A stretch of DNA of 63,151 nucleotides, filler included, from Anaerolineae bacterium (GCA_041082215.1; 8 parts of 8 records of this genome joined end to end with filler, not necessarily neighbours in it); one strand, 5' to 3'; positions 17,168-28,169 are shown, numbered from the whole stretch's first letter. Numbers and translations: made by a program. The notes: a model not told the origin generated them from the letters alone.

Positions 17168-18677
17168 TCTGGGGGAGCCGGTGACCCAGGCGGTGATCAC
17201 CGTCCCTGCCTACTTCAACGACAGCCAGCGACAGGCCACCAAGGACGCCGGCAAGATCGCCGGCCTGGAGGTGCTGCGCATCATCAACGAGCCGACCGCC
17301 TCCTCCCTCGCCTATGGCCTGGACAAACAGGGGGCCGAAACGATCCTGGTCTTCGACCTGGGCGGCGGTACCTTCGACGTCTCCATCCTGGAGGTCGGTG
17401 AGGGAGTGGTCGAGGTCAAGGCCACCAGCGGCGATACCTTCCTCGGCGGCGATGACTGGGACCAGCGGATCATCAACTACATCGCCGACGAGTTCAGGAA
17501 GGAGCAGGGGATTGACCTGCGGCAGGACCGGCAGGCGCTGCAACGGCTGAAGGAGGCGGCGGAGAAGGCGAAGATCGAGCTCTCCTCGATGCTGGAGACG
17601 GAGATCAACCTGCCCTTCATCTCCGCCGATGCCTCCGGCCCCAAGCACCTGCAGATGAAGCTCACCCGCGCCAGGCTGGAGCAACTGACCGAGGACCTGG
17701 TCCAGAGGTGTCGGGGACCCTTCGAGCAGGCGCTGCGGGATGCTAAGATGAGCGCCCGCGACCTGGACGCCGTGGTCCTGGTGGGCGGCGCCACCCGCAT
17801 GCCGATGATCCAGGAGCTGGTACGGGAGCTGACCGGCAAGGAGCCCCACAAGGGCGTCAACCCGGACGAGGTGGTGGCCGTCGGCGCGGCGATCCAGGCT
17901 GGCGTGCTGGCCGGCGAGGTGAGGGATGTGGTCCTTCTGGACGTGACCCCGCTGACGCTGGGCGTGGAGACGCTGGGCGGGGTGATGACGCCGCTCATCG
18001 AACGCAACACCACCATCCCGGTGCGCAAGAGCGAAATCTTCACCACCGCCGAGGACGGCCAGACCATTGTCACCATCCACGTCCTGCAGGGGGAGCGGCC
18101 GATGGCCGCCGACAACATCAGCCTGGGCCGGTTCAACCTGGAGGGGATCCCGCCCGCCCCGCGCGGGGTGCCCCAGATCGAGGTCACTTTCGATATAGAC
18201 GCCAACGGCATCCTCAATGTCTCGGCCAAAGATAAGGCCACCGGCAGGGAGCAGTCCATCGTTATCACCGCCACCACCAACCTGAGCAAAGAGGAGGTGG
18301 AGCGGCTGGTGGGGGAGGCCAAGCGGCACGAGGCGGAGGACCGCCGGCGAAAGGAGCTGGTGGAGGCCCGCAACCAGGCCGATACGCTCATCTACCAGAC
18401 CGAGAAGTTTCTGCGGGAACTGGGCGACAGGGTCCCCGGCTCCGACCGCTCCCGCATCGAACAGACGATCAGGGACCTGAAGGAGGCGATGAAGGGGGAG
18501 GACACCGCCCGCATCCGGCAGTTGATCGAGCAATTGCAGCACGCCAGTATGGCGCTGGGCCAGCAGATGTACGCCCGGCAACAGCAGGCGGCTGGCGGGC
18601 CTTCGACCGGCCCCCGTCCGGGGGGCGGCCCTTCCGGCGAAGGGGACGTGATCGAGGGCGAGTTCGAGGAGACATAA
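17168..18677 (+). CDS. dnaK: Chaperone DnaK (5' truncated)
   Basis: [51 protein letters not shown]. Confidence 0.97.
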
Positions 18678-18727
18678 AGTAGGGGCGAGGCGATGCCTCG
18701 CCCGGCTCGCCCCCAGGAGGTAAAACC

Positions 18728-19348
18728 TTGCCGATGCAGAGGCGAATCCCTATCCGGGTCAAGCAGCAGGTGCTGGAGGAACGGCCACGACCGGCGGCTC
18801 CCCTCCCGGTGGTGGAGGCCGCGCCGCCGGTCGTGGAGGCCGGGGAACCGTTGCCTCCTCTCCCCGAAGCCGGACCCGCTGAGAAGATGCAGATCGAGGA
18901 GACGCAGGACATCGAGGGAACTGAAGAACTTGAAAGATGGAAGGATCGGGCGCTGCGGCTGGAGGCGGAGATGGATAACTTCCGCAAGCGACAGCAGCGG
19001 CTGGCGGAAGACCGCATCGCCGCCGACCGGGAGCGGCTCCTGCGCGCTTTCCTCACCGTCGCCGACGACCTGGCCCGCGCCCTCTCCGCCAACGGGGCAG
19101 ACCCCGAGAGCCTGCGGCAAGGGGTGGACATCACCTACCAGAGCCTGATGCGAATCCTGGACCGGGAGGGGGTGGAGACGATCCAGGCCCGGGGCCGGCC
19201 CTTCGACCCGTCCTGGCACGAGGCCGTGGGCACGGTCTCCCACCAGGAGGTCGGCGCGGAGCCGGAGACGGTGGTGGAAGTGGTCCAGCCCGGCTACCGC
19301 ATTGGCGACCGGCTGCTGCGCCCGGCACGGGTGATCGTGGCGACCTGA
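18728..19348 (+). CDS. grpE: Nucleotide exchange factor GrpE
   Basis: AEMDNFRKR, PFDPSWHEAV, GYRIGDRLLRPARVIV. Confidence 0.93.
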   Translation: MPMQRRIPIRVKQQVLEERPRPAAPLPVVEAAPPVVEAGEPLPPLPEAGPAEKMQIEETQDIEGTEELERWKDRALRLEAEMDNFRKRQQRLAEDRIAADRERLLRAFLTVADDLARALSANGADPESLRQGVDITYQSLMRILDREGVETIQARGRPFDPSWHEAVGTVSHQEVGAEPETVVEVVQPGYRIGDRLLRPARVIVAT

Positions 19349-19435
19349 CCTCACCTCCTCCCCGGATGCCTTCAGCGACTTTCCCTTACCGCTGGGGGAG
19401 GAGGTGAGGTATCCCACCGAAGGGGACAAAGAGCT

Positions 19436-20380
19436 GTGGAGTACAAGGACTACTACCAGATCCTCGGCGTCAGCCGGGATGCGGACGAACAGGAGATCAA
19501 GCGCGCCTACCGGCGTCTAGCCCGCCAGTACCACCCGGACGTCAATCCGGGCGACAAGGCGGCGGAAGAGCGCTTCAAGGAGATCAACGAGGCCTACGAG
19601 GTCCTCTCCGACCCCGATAAGCGGCGCAAGTACGACCAGCTGGGGGCCGCGTGGCGGGATTGGGAGCGGATGGGGGGCCGGCCAGGCGACTTCGACTGGG
19701 GCCCCTGGGTCTCCACCGCTCCCGGTGGCCAGCGCGTCTACGTCCGCTACGGCACAGCCGAGGACCTGGAAGACCTGTTCGGCAACGAAAGCCCCTTCTC
19801 CGACTTCTTCACCCAGCTCTTCGGGGGCCTGGGCGGCTTCGCCCACCAGGCCCGGCCCCGCCGTGGACAGGACCTGGAGCAGGAGGTGGAGATCAGCCTG
19901 GAAGAGGCGTACCACGGCGCTACCCGCCTGCTTCAGAAGGACGGCCGCCGCCTCCAGGTGAGGGTCCCGCCCGGCGCCGCCACCGGCACCCGCATCCGAA
20001 TGGCTGGAGAGGGCAGCCCCGGGACGGACGGCGGGGAGCCGGGCGACCTGTACCTCCGGGTGCGGGTTGCGCCTCACCCCCGCTTCGAGCGGCGCGGCGA
20101 TGACCTCTATACCACCGTTCCCGTGGACCTCTATACGGCGGTGCTGGGGGGAAAGGTGCAGGTAGATACCCTCGCCGGTCCGGTGACCCTCACCATCCCG
20201 CCCCACACCCAGAACGGGCAGATTTTCCGGCTGCGGGGTAAGGGGATGCCCAAACTGCGCCGGAAGGGGGAATACGGCGATCTCTACGCCCGGGTGGAGG
20301 TGCAGCTCCCCACCCGGCTCACCGCCCGTCAACGCGAGCTTTTCGAAGAGCTACGCCGTCTCTCAGAGGAAGGGCGATAA
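19436..20380 (+). CDS. DnaJ-family co-chaperone lacking the zinc finger (CbpA-like)
   Basis: J-domain with HPD and a DnaJ_C domain; no CxxCxGxG repeats. Confidence 0.9.
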   Translation: MEYKDYYQILGVSRDADEQEIKRAYRRLARQYHPDVNPGDKAAEERFKEINEAYEVLSDPDKRRKYDQLGAAWRDWERMGGRPGDFDWGPWVSTAPGGQRVYVRYGTAEDLEDLFGNESPFSDFFTQLFGGLGGFAHQARPRRGQDLEQEVEISLEEAYHGATRLLQKDGRRLQVRVPPGAATGTRIRMAGEGSPGTDGGEPGDLYLRVRVAPHPRFERRGDDLYTTVPVDLYTAVLGGKVQVDTLAGPVTLTIPPHTQNGQIFRLRGKGMPKLRRKGEYGDLYARVEVQLPTRLTARQRELFEELRRLSEEGR

Positions 20381-20480
20381 GCGGAGACACAGGGACACGG
20401 AGAATTCAGGGCTTTCTCCAGATTCCCTCTGCGTTCTCGGCGTCTCTGTGGTCAGAAAAAAATAGAGGAGGCACTCTCAA

Positions 20481-21656
20481 ATGCGGAAGTGGCTGATTCT
20501 CGCACTTCTGTTTGGCGCGACGCTGGGATGCAGTCTGCCGGCATCGGTGTTGCCCCCGACAACAGCGACGCCTGCCCCCACACTGCCCCCCACTCCCACG
20601 GCTGCCCAGCCTCAGATAACCCCCCTCCCGGCAGCGGAGCCGGCCAACGCGCTGGAAGCTCAGGTGGAAGCGGTCTATGAGCGGGCCGCGCCGGCGGTGG
20701 TCAACATCACCGTGCGCAGCATCGCGTATGACTTCTTTATGAACCCCGTCCCTCAAGAGGGGACCGGGTCCGGCTTCCTCTACGACAGAGAGGGGCATAT
20801 CGTCACCAACTACCACGTGGTCGAGAACGCTGAGGAGGTGACGGTGACGCTGGCGGATGGGAGGACCTTCCCGGCTCAGGTCGTGGGGGTGGACCCCTCC
20901 AGCGACCTGGCGGTGATCCGCATCGAGGCGGGGGAGCTGCCTGAACCGATCCCCCTGGGGGACTCCGATCAGTTGAGGGTGGGGCAGTTCGTCGTCGCCA
21001 TCGGCAACCCCTTCGGCCAGGCGGGCACGTTGACCGTCGGCGTGATCAGCGCCCTGGGCCGGGTGATCGAAAGCCCGGACGGCCGCTTCATCGGCGAGGC
21101 GATCCAGACCGACGCGGCCATCAACCCCGGCAACTCCGGCGGCCCGCTGCTCGACCTGCAGGGACGGGTGATCGGCGTCAACTCTCAGATCATCAGCCCG
21201 AGCCAGGCCAGTGCCGGGATCGGCTTCGCCGTCTCTTCCAACACCGTGCGGAGGGTGGTCCCCCACCTCATCGCCGAGGGGCGTTACCCCCACCCGTGGC
21301 TGGGAGTACAGCTCCTGGAGCTGACGCCGGAGCGGGCGGAGGTCTTCCGCCAGGCGGGGGTGGATATGCCGGTGGACCAGGGGCTGCTGGTTATGGAGGT
21401 TGTCTCGGGCGGACCGGCAGCGCAGGCGGGCGTCCGTGGCGGCAACCGGATGGTCCGTATTGGCCGGTATATCATCCCGCTGGGCGGGGATATCCTCACC
21501 GCCGTCAACGGCCATCCCGTCCTCACCCTGAAGGAACTGACCGTCTATCTGGAGACGGAGACCCAGGTAGGGGATGTGGTACAGGTCACCGTCATCCGTG
21601 GAGGGGAGGAGATGACGATTCCCCTGAGGCTGGAGGCCCGGCCGGATAGATATTGA
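20481..21656 (+). CDS. htrA: HtrA/DegP serine protease with PDZ domain, lipoprotein
   Basis: TNYHVV, DLAV, QTDAAINPGNSGGPL; lipobox TLGC. Confidence 0.92.
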   Translation: MRKWLILALLFGATLGCSLPASVLPPTTATPAPTLPPTPTAAQPQITPLPAAEPANALEAQVEAVYERAAPAVVNITVRSIAYDFFMNPVPQEGTGSGFLYDREGHIVTNYHVVENAEEVTVTLADGRTFPAQVVGVDPSSDLAVIRIEAGELPEPIPLGDSDQLRVGQFVVAIGNPFGQAGTLTVGVISALGRVIESPDGRFIGEAIQTDAAINPGNSGGPLLDLQGRVIGVNSQIISPSQASAGIGFAVSSNTVRRVVPHLIAEGRYPHPWLGVQLLELTPERAEVFRQAGVDMPVDQGLLVMEVVSGGPAAQAGVRGGNRMVRIGRYIIPLGGDILTAVNGHPVLTLKELTVYLETETQVGDVVQVTVIRGGEEMTIPLRLEARPDRY

Positions 21657-21731
21657 CAAGGGCTATGCGCCTGCGACAGGGGAAAAACCATAGAGACACG
21701 GAGGGTACCAAAGAGATACGGAGGGAGCGCT

Positions 21732-22694
21732 ATGGACAAAAGAAGGGGAGGGGGGCATTCCGGCCGGTTTCCCCTGGCCCACACCTTTTCCATCGTCGCC
21801 CGCGACCCGCAGACGGGCCAGCTCGGTGTGGCCGTCCAGTCCCACTGGTTCTCCGTTGGTTCCATTGTGGCCTGGGCGGAGGCGGGGGTAGGGGCAGTAG
21901 CGACCCAGGCTCTGGTGGAGGAGAGTTACGGCCCCCTCGGCCTGGCATTGATGCGGGCAGGGAAGTCGGCCCGGGAGACGCTGGCGGCTCTCCTGGCGGC
22001 CGACGAAGGGCGGGAGCTGCGGCAGGTGGCGATGGTGGACGCCCGGGGCGAGGTGGCCGTCCATACCGGCGCTCGCTGCATTGCCGAGGCAGGCCATGAG
22101 ATGGGGGAATGCTTTTCCGTCCAGGCCAACATGATGGCCACGGCCGACGTCTGGCCGGCGATGGCGGCGGCCTATCGGGAGTCGCAGGGAGAGCTGGCAG
22201 AGCGGCTGCTGGCTGCCCTGGAGGCCGGACAGGCGGCTGGGGGGGACATCCGTGGGCAGCAGAGCGCCGCCATCCTCATCGTAAAGGCCACCTCGACAGG
22301 CCGGCCCTGGGCCGATACGGTGATGGACCTCCGCGTGGAGGACCACCCCGAGCCGATCCGGGAATTACGGCGACTGATCCAGCTCCATCGAGCCTACGAG
22401 TTTATGAACGAGGGGGACGAGCGGCTGGGCGCGGGGCAGATAGAACAGGCTCTGGAAGCATACAGCGCGGCAGCCGAACTGGCCCCTCATATCGAGGAAC
22501 TCCCCTTCTGGCATGCCGTTACCCTGGCCGACCTGGGTCGCCTGGAGGAGGCGCTGCCCATCTTCCGGCGGGTGTTCATGGTCAACCCTGCGTGGGCCAC
22601 GTTGCTGGAGCGACTCCCGGCAGCGGGGCTGCTGCGGGAAGACCCGGAGATGATGGCGCGGGTCCTGGCTCTGGTCGGAAAGGCGGGGGGATAA
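21732..22694 (+). CDS. DUF1028 (Ntn-hydrolase-like) protein with C-terminal TPR
   Basis: HTFSIVARD...GVAVQSH, GGDIRGQQSAA, DLRVEDHPEPIREL; TPR-like helices. Confidence 0.8.
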   Translation: MDKRRGGGHSGRFPLAHTFSIVARDPQTGQLGVAVQSHWFSVGSIVAWAEAGVGAVATQALVEESYGPLGLALMRAGKSARETLAALLAADEGRELRQVAMVDARGEVAVHTGARCIAEAGHEMGECFSVQANMMATADVWPAMAAAYRESQGELAERLLAALEAGQAAGGDIRGQQSAAILIVKATSTGRPWADTVMDLRVEDHPEPIRELRRLIQLHRAYEFMNEGDERLGAGQIEQALEAYSAAAELAPHIEELPFWHAVTLADLGRLEEALPIFRRVFMVNPAWATLLERLPAAGLLREDPEMMARVLALVGKAGG

Positions 22695-22707
22695 GGCAGG
22701 AGCGGGT

Positions 22708-23448
22708 TCAGCGGCGGCGCATCCAGGCCGCCATCCCTCCTGTCACTCCCCAATGGACCAGTATGGCCAGCCACAGGTTAGCTGTCTTCAGATAGAGGAC
22801 GCCGCTGAGGACCGCCAGTCCGGCCCGGACCAGCGCAGCAGGGGCGCGGGCCGGGTCGCCCAGGTCGGCCCGCCACCAGGGGTTGACCACTGCCTCCACT
22901 GTCACCAGCCCCAGCCCGATCCAGGTGCCCCAGTAGGTTCCCAGGGCGGCAATCGGCCCGTTGCGGTAGAACGCCCAGTGGACTTCGTGGAAGGCGGCCT
23001 CTCGCAGCAGCACCCAGGAGGGGCTTTCGCTCCCGACCGGAGCCAGGCCACTCCCGGCGTGGCGTACAGTCTGCCAGCCTGCCGCCAGGACGGCCCAGGC
23101 CGCCAGGCCAAGCCCGACCGCCCAGGCCACATCCCCGGCCCAGTCCGCCCAGTTGGCCGCCAGTTCGCCCGGAGGGATGGGGCCGGGGGAGAGCGCCAGC
23201 AGGGGCTGGAGGCCCAACAGCCGGCCCACCACGGCGTCGCGCCCCCAGATCAGCGCCGCAAACGGCAGGCCGATGTAGAAGAGAAGCCGGACGATTTGCA
23301 GAAGGGGAGGAAAAAGGGAGGAACGGACAAAGGGAGCAAGCCTCGCCTGTCCCCTCTCCCACCGCCAGAGCCACCACGACGCCTGGACCGCGGCTATAGC
23401 CAGAAGGAGAGAGCCGCCCAGCCAGACCCAGCGCTCCGCCTCAGCCAC
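22708..23448 (-). CDS. Multi-pass membrane protein (possible CPBP/CAAX-protease-like)
   Basis: Several hydrophobic helices; REAAFHEVHWAFYR and a terminal VHW motif. Confidence 0.55.
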   Translation of the reverse strand: MAEAERWVWLGGSLLLAIAAVQASWWLWRWERGQARLAPFVRSSLFPPLLQIVRLLFYIGLPFAALIWGRDAVVGRLLGLQPLLALSPGPIPPGELAANWADWAGDVAWAVGLGLAAWAVLAAGWQTVRHAGSGLAPVGSESPSWVLLREAAFHEVHWAFYRNGPIAALGTYWGTWIGLGLVTVEAVVNPWWRADLGDPARAPAALVRAGLAVLSGVLYLKTANLWLAILVHWGVTGGMAAWMRRR

Positions 23449-25195
23449 GCTTCCTTTCCAGCGGTATCCGTAGAATCACCCTGGTTCCCTGACCCGGGGC
23501 CGAGCGGACCTCCAGCCTGCCGCCTGCCAGCTCCGCCCGCTCGCGCATGTTGAGCATCCCCAGACTGCCCCGCCGTTCGTAGCCGTCATCCAGCACGCTT
23601 GTGTCGAAGCCCACCCCGTCGTCCTCGACCTCGGCGACGAAAGCGTTGCCCTCTATCTTCAGGCGAATCCAGATGTTGTGGGCCCTGGCGTGCTTGCGGG
23701 TGTTGCTCATCGCCTCTTCGATGATATAGAAGGCCATCCCCTGCTGGTCTCTATCCAGCAACTGGTCAACCGATTCCTGGGCCTCCAGGTGGATGGGGAG
23801 GGGATCGGTTTCCGCCCGCTTGGCGATATACTGCTCCAGAGCCGCACACAGCCCCTGGGTCTCCAGGATCAGCGGACGGAGGGTGAAGAGCATCTGCCGG
23901 ATCTCCTTGGTCGTGCGTCGGGCCAGCTCCTCGATACGGGCCAGCTCCTCCGGGACCTCTTCCGGCCTCTTTTCCAGGAGGGCTCGCACGTAGTTGGTCC
24001 GCATCGCGATGGCGGCGATGGACTGGGTTGGGCCGTCGTGCAGGTCCCGGGCGAGCTTCTTTCGGGCGTCCTCCTCCACGGCGACGATCCGCTCTTTTTC
24101 CTCCATCAGGCTCTGGTAGAGCTGGGCGTTCTGGAGGGCCACCACCCCCTGGTTGCAGAGGGCCACCAGCAGGTCCTGATAATCGGGGCCGAAGACCCCT
24201 TCCACCGGGCTGCCGAAGACGGTGACGCCGAAGTTCTCGAAGCCGGCCCGCAGGGGGAGGACGACGGCCTCTTTGCACTGGTGCATGGCGATGAACTGGC
24301 CGAGTTCCGGGTCCTGTCCCGGCTGGGGGCACAGGGTCAGCTCCGCCGAGGTGAGCGCCTGGGAGATGACCCCTCTCTGGCCGGACAACACGGCCCGCTG
24401 GTCCCGGGGGGGAAGGTGACGGGAGGCGGCGACGTGAAGCTTCTCTCCCTGGAAGAGGAGGACAACACTGACCAGCGGCATTTCCCGACCCTCCAGCTCC
24501 CGCAGGCCGATCTCCCCCACATCCAGCATCGCCTCCAGGACCCGCTGGTAATTGAGTGTCGCGCTCAGGGTGCTGGCCAGCTCGAAGATCAGGCGGGACT
24601 GCTGGTGTCGGGCGCGGAGGCGGCGGAGTTCCTGCTCCTCTTCGCGACGGCGAAGCAGGGTGATCCGTCGGTGCATCTGCTGGCCCACCAGGCCGGTCAA
24701 CAGGGCGGCCAGGATGAGGATGACCACGTTCCCCGACTTGAGGGCCAGGACGGAAAGGGGGGCCTTATAGGGCGGAAGCAGCCCTATTCCGAAGTAGCCG
24801 AGGGAGATAAAGAAGGAGACGATCAGGCTGGAAAGGAGGGAAAACCGCAGGGCGGCGGTGATGATGGGCAGCAGGCTAAAGAAGAGCAGGGGACTATCCA
24901 GCCCTCCTGACGTCGCCACCAGCCCCACTGCCAGGACTGCGTCAACGCCCAGCGTGATCGCGGGAAACGGATGGGGGAAGAGACGGGCGATCAGCAGCAG
25001 GGTCACGACCAGGTTGTAGAAGGCCGCCAGCCCGATAAGGAGGACGAGATATAAAGAGGCGGGGTTTCCGAAACCGTGCTCCTGGTCGAGGGAGGCGACA
25101 GCGACGACAAAGAGGAGCAATAACCAGCGGAGGTTGCTGACCAGCCAGTCAATCTGCAGGCGACGTCGGACGCTATCGAGCATAGGGTCATCCAC
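23441..25195 (-). CDS. Membrane sensor histidine kinase (GAF, HisKA_3, HATPase)
   Basis: LARDLHDGPTQ H-box, EEAMSNTRKHA, DDGVGFD, GMLNMRERA, SAPGQGT. Confidence 0.92.
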   Translation of the reverse strand: MDDPMLDSVRRRLQIDWLVSNLRWLLLLFVVAVASLDQEHGFGNPASLYLVLLIGLAAFYNLVVTLLLIARLFPHPFPAITLGVDAVLAVGLVATSGGLDSPLLFFSLLPIITAALRFSLLSSLIVSFFISLGYFGIGLLPPYKAPLSVLALKSGNVVILILAALLTGLVGQQMHRRITLLRRREEEQELRRLRARHQQSRLIFELASTLSATLNYQRVLEAMLDVGEIGLRELEGREMPLVSVVLLFQGEKLHVAASRHLPPRDQRAVLSGQRGVISQALTSAELTLCPQPGQDPELGQFIAMHQCKEAVVLPLRAGFENFGVTVFGSPVEGVFGPDYQDLLVALCNQGVVALQNAQLYQSLMEEKERIVAVEEDARKKLARDLHDGPTQSIAAIAMRTNYVRALLEKRPEEVPEELARIEELARRTTKEIRQMLFTLRPLILETQGLCAALEQYIAKRAETDPLPIHLEAQESVDQLLDRDQQGMAFYIIEEAMSNTRKHARAHNIWIRLKIEGNAFVAEVEDDGVGFDTSVLDDGYERRGSLGMLNMRERAELAGGRLEVRSAPGQGTRVILRIPLERKRG

Positions 25196-25276
25196 CCCTC
25201 AACGGGGGAAGGCTACAAGGCCGCGGGCCTCCTGAAGGGAGAAACAGCCGTCAGGTCCGCGGCCTCGAAGCAACAG

Positions 25277-25350
25277 TGGGCGCGAAGGGACTCGAACCCC
25301 TGACCTCCACAATGTGAGTGTGGCGCTCTGACCAACTGAGCTACGCGCCC
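25277..25350 (-). tRNA. tRNA-Val (anticodon CAC)
   Basis: GGGCGCGTAGCTCAGTTGG...CCACA-CTCACAT-TGTGG...GTTCGAGTC...CGCGCCCA; promoter TTGCCT-17-TATAAT at 25392-25364. Confidence 0.95.
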
Positions 25351-25407
25351 CCACGCTGCTTATATTATAACATTATCCGTCGGACAAGGCAAATCGCTCC
25401 TGTGGAG

Positions 25408-25583
25408 GGCGCATTTCAGTTTGGCGGCGAGTTACACCTTAATTTTGCCCACCTGATGGTGGTTTGATCCCTCACCCCTCCCCCTACCCCCTCCCAGGGC
25501 CAGGGGGTGGGGTGAGGGCCAGGGGGAGCAATTAGCCTCCAGCGCAGGCAGTTACCACATCTTCCAAAAAACTGAAATGCACC
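25408..25583. repeat. MITE-like element with the same termini but a different interior
   Basis: GGCGCATTTCAGTTT...AAACTGAAATGCACC ends; interior CCCTCACCCC...GGGGTGAGGG hairpin resembles 4294-4350. Confidence 0.65.
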
Positions 25584-25599
25584 CCGGGGGGCAAAAGAT

Positions 25600-25625
25600 G
25601 TAGCGCAAGATTCATCTTGCGCTAT
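25600..25625. repeat. GTAG-type REP palindrome
   Basis: GTAGCGCAAGATTCATCTTGCGCTAT; near-identical copy at 63071-63096. Confidence 0.75.
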
Positions 25626-25683
25626 GGATCCCCGTTTTTTGCCAAAGCAGGTGGGTAGTTACATCCGAAACCCCAAACGGGGC

Positions 25684-25761
25684 TTGCACAACCCCCTTCT
25701 CCATGTTATAATGTAGCACAGTAAATGGGTGTGGTGGGAAAGTGGGCCTGGTCCCACTTTC
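25684..25761 (+). promoter_or_regulatory. nusA operon promoter and leader hairpin
   Basis: TTGCAC-17-TATAAT (25684-25712); GAAAGTGGG-cctggt-CCCACTTTC hairpin (25738-25761) resembling the rimP/nusA leader. Confidence 0.7.
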
Positions 25762-25820
25762 TTTACGTAAATAGAAGGACGCAGACGACGTGGCGATTGT
25801 GCAGGGGGTAGATCGGAAAC

Positions 25821-27818
25821 ATGAAAAGCGAGTTCCTGCTGGCCTTTAACCAAATCTGTGCCGAGCGGAACCTGCCTCGGGAGGTGGTGCTGGAGGCCAT
25901 TCAGACCGCCCTCGTCTCCGCATATCGGCGGAACGTCGGCGCGCCTGCTGCCCAGAACGTCACCGCCCAGGTTGACCTGGAGTCCGGAAAGGCTCGCATC
26001 TACACCGAGCGCCGGGTGGTCGCCGAGGTGTCGGATCCGCAGGTGGAGATCTCCCTGGAAAAGGCCAGGGCCATCAAGCCGAACGCCCAGTTGGGGGATC
26101 TGATTATGGTGGACAGCACCCCCCACGACTTCGGCCGGATCGCCGCACAGTCCGCCCGCCAGATGATCCTGCAGCGGATCCGCGAGGCGGAACGGGACAT
26201 TCAGTACGCCCACTACGTGGAGCAGGAAGGGGAGCTGGTCTACGGGACCGTCCAGAGCGTCACGCCCCAGCAGGTCACCCTTCATCTGGAGCGGACCGAG
26301 GCGATCCTCCCCCGCAAGGAGATGGTGCCGGGCGAGCGGTACAGACTGCACGACCGTATCCGGGCTTACGTGGTCGAGGTGAAAAAGACCGGCCGGGGGC
26401 CTCAGATCATCGTCTCCCGCAGCCATAAGAAGATGCTCCAGCGACTGCTGGAACTGGAGGTCCCGGAGATCGCCAGCGGCGCGGTGGAGATCAAGGCCAT
26501 CGCCCGTGAGGCGGGCTCCCGCTCCAAGGTGGCCGTCATCGCCCGCCAGGAGGGACTGGACCCCGTGGGGGCGTGCGTCGGCATGCGGGGGATGCGTATC
26601 CAGTCCATCGTCAAAGAGCTAGGCGGGGAAAAGGTGGATATCATCGAGTGGAGCCCCGACCCGGTGACCTTCATCGCCAAGGCGCTGGGGCCGGCAAAGG
26701 TCCTCAGCGTGCTTCTGGAGGAGGACCCGGTTGAGGGTAAGACCGCCAATGTGGTCGTCCCCGACGATCAGCTCTCCCTCGCTATCGGCAAGGCGGGGCA
26801 GAACGCCCGGCTGGCAGCCAAACTGACCGGCTGGCGGATTGACATCCAGGGTGTGACGGAAGCCGCCGAGTGGGCTCTCCAGCAGGTCAATACCGATCCT
26901 GAGGTGCTCCCTGCATTGGGGCAGGCGGCGGAGCTTTTGCCGACAGTAGCCGCCGCCCTCCGGCGATACAACCAGGAGGGGATGCCCTACAACGCCGAAG
27001 AACTGGTGGCTATGCGTCGGGTTATCGAGGGGGTTCGCCTCCACTACATCGCCGGCCGGGATGCCCAGCGGGCCCGCCTGCGAGCGGAGGAGGCGGCCCG
27101 TCGCGCTGCGCTGGAGGAGGCCCGAACTGCCCGGGAGGCCGCCATCCGTGAGGCCCGGTCCCGCATCCCCCAGGCCGCCTACGCGATCCCCCTGGCCGAT
27201 GCTGGCTTCAGCGCCCGCGTGCTGGGCCACCTGGAACGGAACGGCGTGGTGAATGTAGGACAGTTGATGGAGCGCCTGGCCGAAGGGGATGAGGGGCTTT
27301 TAAAGCTGGACGGCATCGGCCCGAAGGCCCTCACCGAAATCCGCAAGGCGCTGGAAAGCCTGGACCTCCCGGAGGTGACGGCGGAGGCCGTTCCCGTCGA
27401 GGCGGCCCTGCCTGAGGTTCAGCCTGTCGTCGAAGAGGTCGAGGCCGTTGAGGAAGCCCTGCCGGTAGAGGCGGAGGCCGCAGAGGAGGCCCCCGTTCTG
27501 GCCGCGGAGGGGGTCCCGGCGGGGCCTGTTGCGGTGGAAGAGATGCCGGCCCCGGCCATCACAGCGGCGGCCGAACCGGTCCGGCCGGCCGTTATCGAAG
27601 AAAAGCCGCCCAGGGAGGAAGAGGAGACCTTCGAGGAGTGGGAGGAATTCTTCGAGGAGGCTGAAGAAGAAGAGGAGGAGATCGCAGTCCTGCGGAGGAG
27701 GGGAAAGCGCCGCAAGAAGCGCTCCCGGGAGCTGATTTACGACGAAAAGCTGGGCCGTGTGGTCGCCGTCCGCCGACACCGACGGGGCGAAGAGGAGGAG
27801 TGGGAGGAGCATCTGTAG
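25821..27818 (+). CDS. nusA: Transcription factor NusA with C-terminal alpha-CTD-like domain and acidic tail
   Basis: FGRIAAQ, S1 and KH motifs ([39 protein letters not shown]); 665 aa. Confidence 0.96.
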   Translation: MKSEFLLAFNQICAERNLPREVVLEAIQTALVSAYRRNVGAPAAQNVTAQVDLESGKARIYTERRVVAEVSDPQVEISLEKARAIKPNAQLGDLIMVDSTPHDFGRIAAQSARQMILQRIREAERDIQYAHYVEQEGELVYGTVQSVTPQQVTLHLERTEAILPRKEMVPGERYRLHDRIRAYVVEVKKTGRGPQIIVSRSHKKMLQRLLELEVPEIASGAVEIKAIAREAGSRSKVAVIARQEGLDPVGACVGMRGMRIQSIVKELGGEKVDIIEWSPDPVTFIAKALGPAKVLSVLLEEDPVEGKTANVVVPDDQLSLAIGKAGQNARLAAKLTGWRIDIQGVTEAAEWALQQVNTDPEVLPALGQAAELLPTVAAALRRYNQEGMPYNAEELVAMRRVIEGVRLHYIAGRDAQRARLRAEEAARRAALEEARTAREAAIREARSRIPQAAYAIPLADAGFSARVLGHLERNGVVNVGQLMERLAEGDEGLLKLDGIGPKALTEIRKALESLDLPEVTAEAVPVEAALPEVQPVVEEVEAVEEALPVEAEAAEEAPVLAAEGVPAGPVAVEEMPAPAITAAAEPVRPAVIEEKPPREEEETFEEWEEFFEEAEEEEEEIAVLRRRGKRRKKRSRELIYDEKLGRVVAVRRHRRGEEEEWEEHL

Positions 27819-28169
27819 ATGTCCGGGAAGAAGGGGCGTCGCAGGCATATCCCTCAGCGGACCTGCGTGGCCTGCCGAACGGTACGGGCCAAGCGGGAGC
27901 TGGTCCGCATCGTCCATACGCCGGAGGGGGAGGTCGTGGTGGACGAGGGGGGGAAGAGAAACGGCCGCGGCGCTTACCTCTGTCGTCAGCGGGTTTGCTG
28001 GGAGAAGGGGCTGAAAGGGCACCGGCTGGAGGCTGCCCTGCGTACCTCCCTGAATGAAGCAACGGTGGAGATGCTGCGGGCTTATGCCCAGGGCTTGCCT
28101 GAGCGGCTGGAAGAAACGGATACGCCGGAAGAGTCCAGGGTGGAGCTGGGAGATGAGGAGGGGTTATGA
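27819..28169 (+). CDS. ylxR: YlxR/RnpM family RNA-binding protein
   Basis: PQRTCVACR...KRELVRIV...GRGAYLC; canonical position after nusA. Confidence 0.9.
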   Translation: MSGKKGRRRHIPQRTCVACRTVRAKRELVRIVHTPEGEVVVDEGGKRNGRGAYLCRQRVCWEKGLKGHRLEAALRTSLNEATVEMLRAYAQGLPERLEETDTPEESRVELGDEEGL

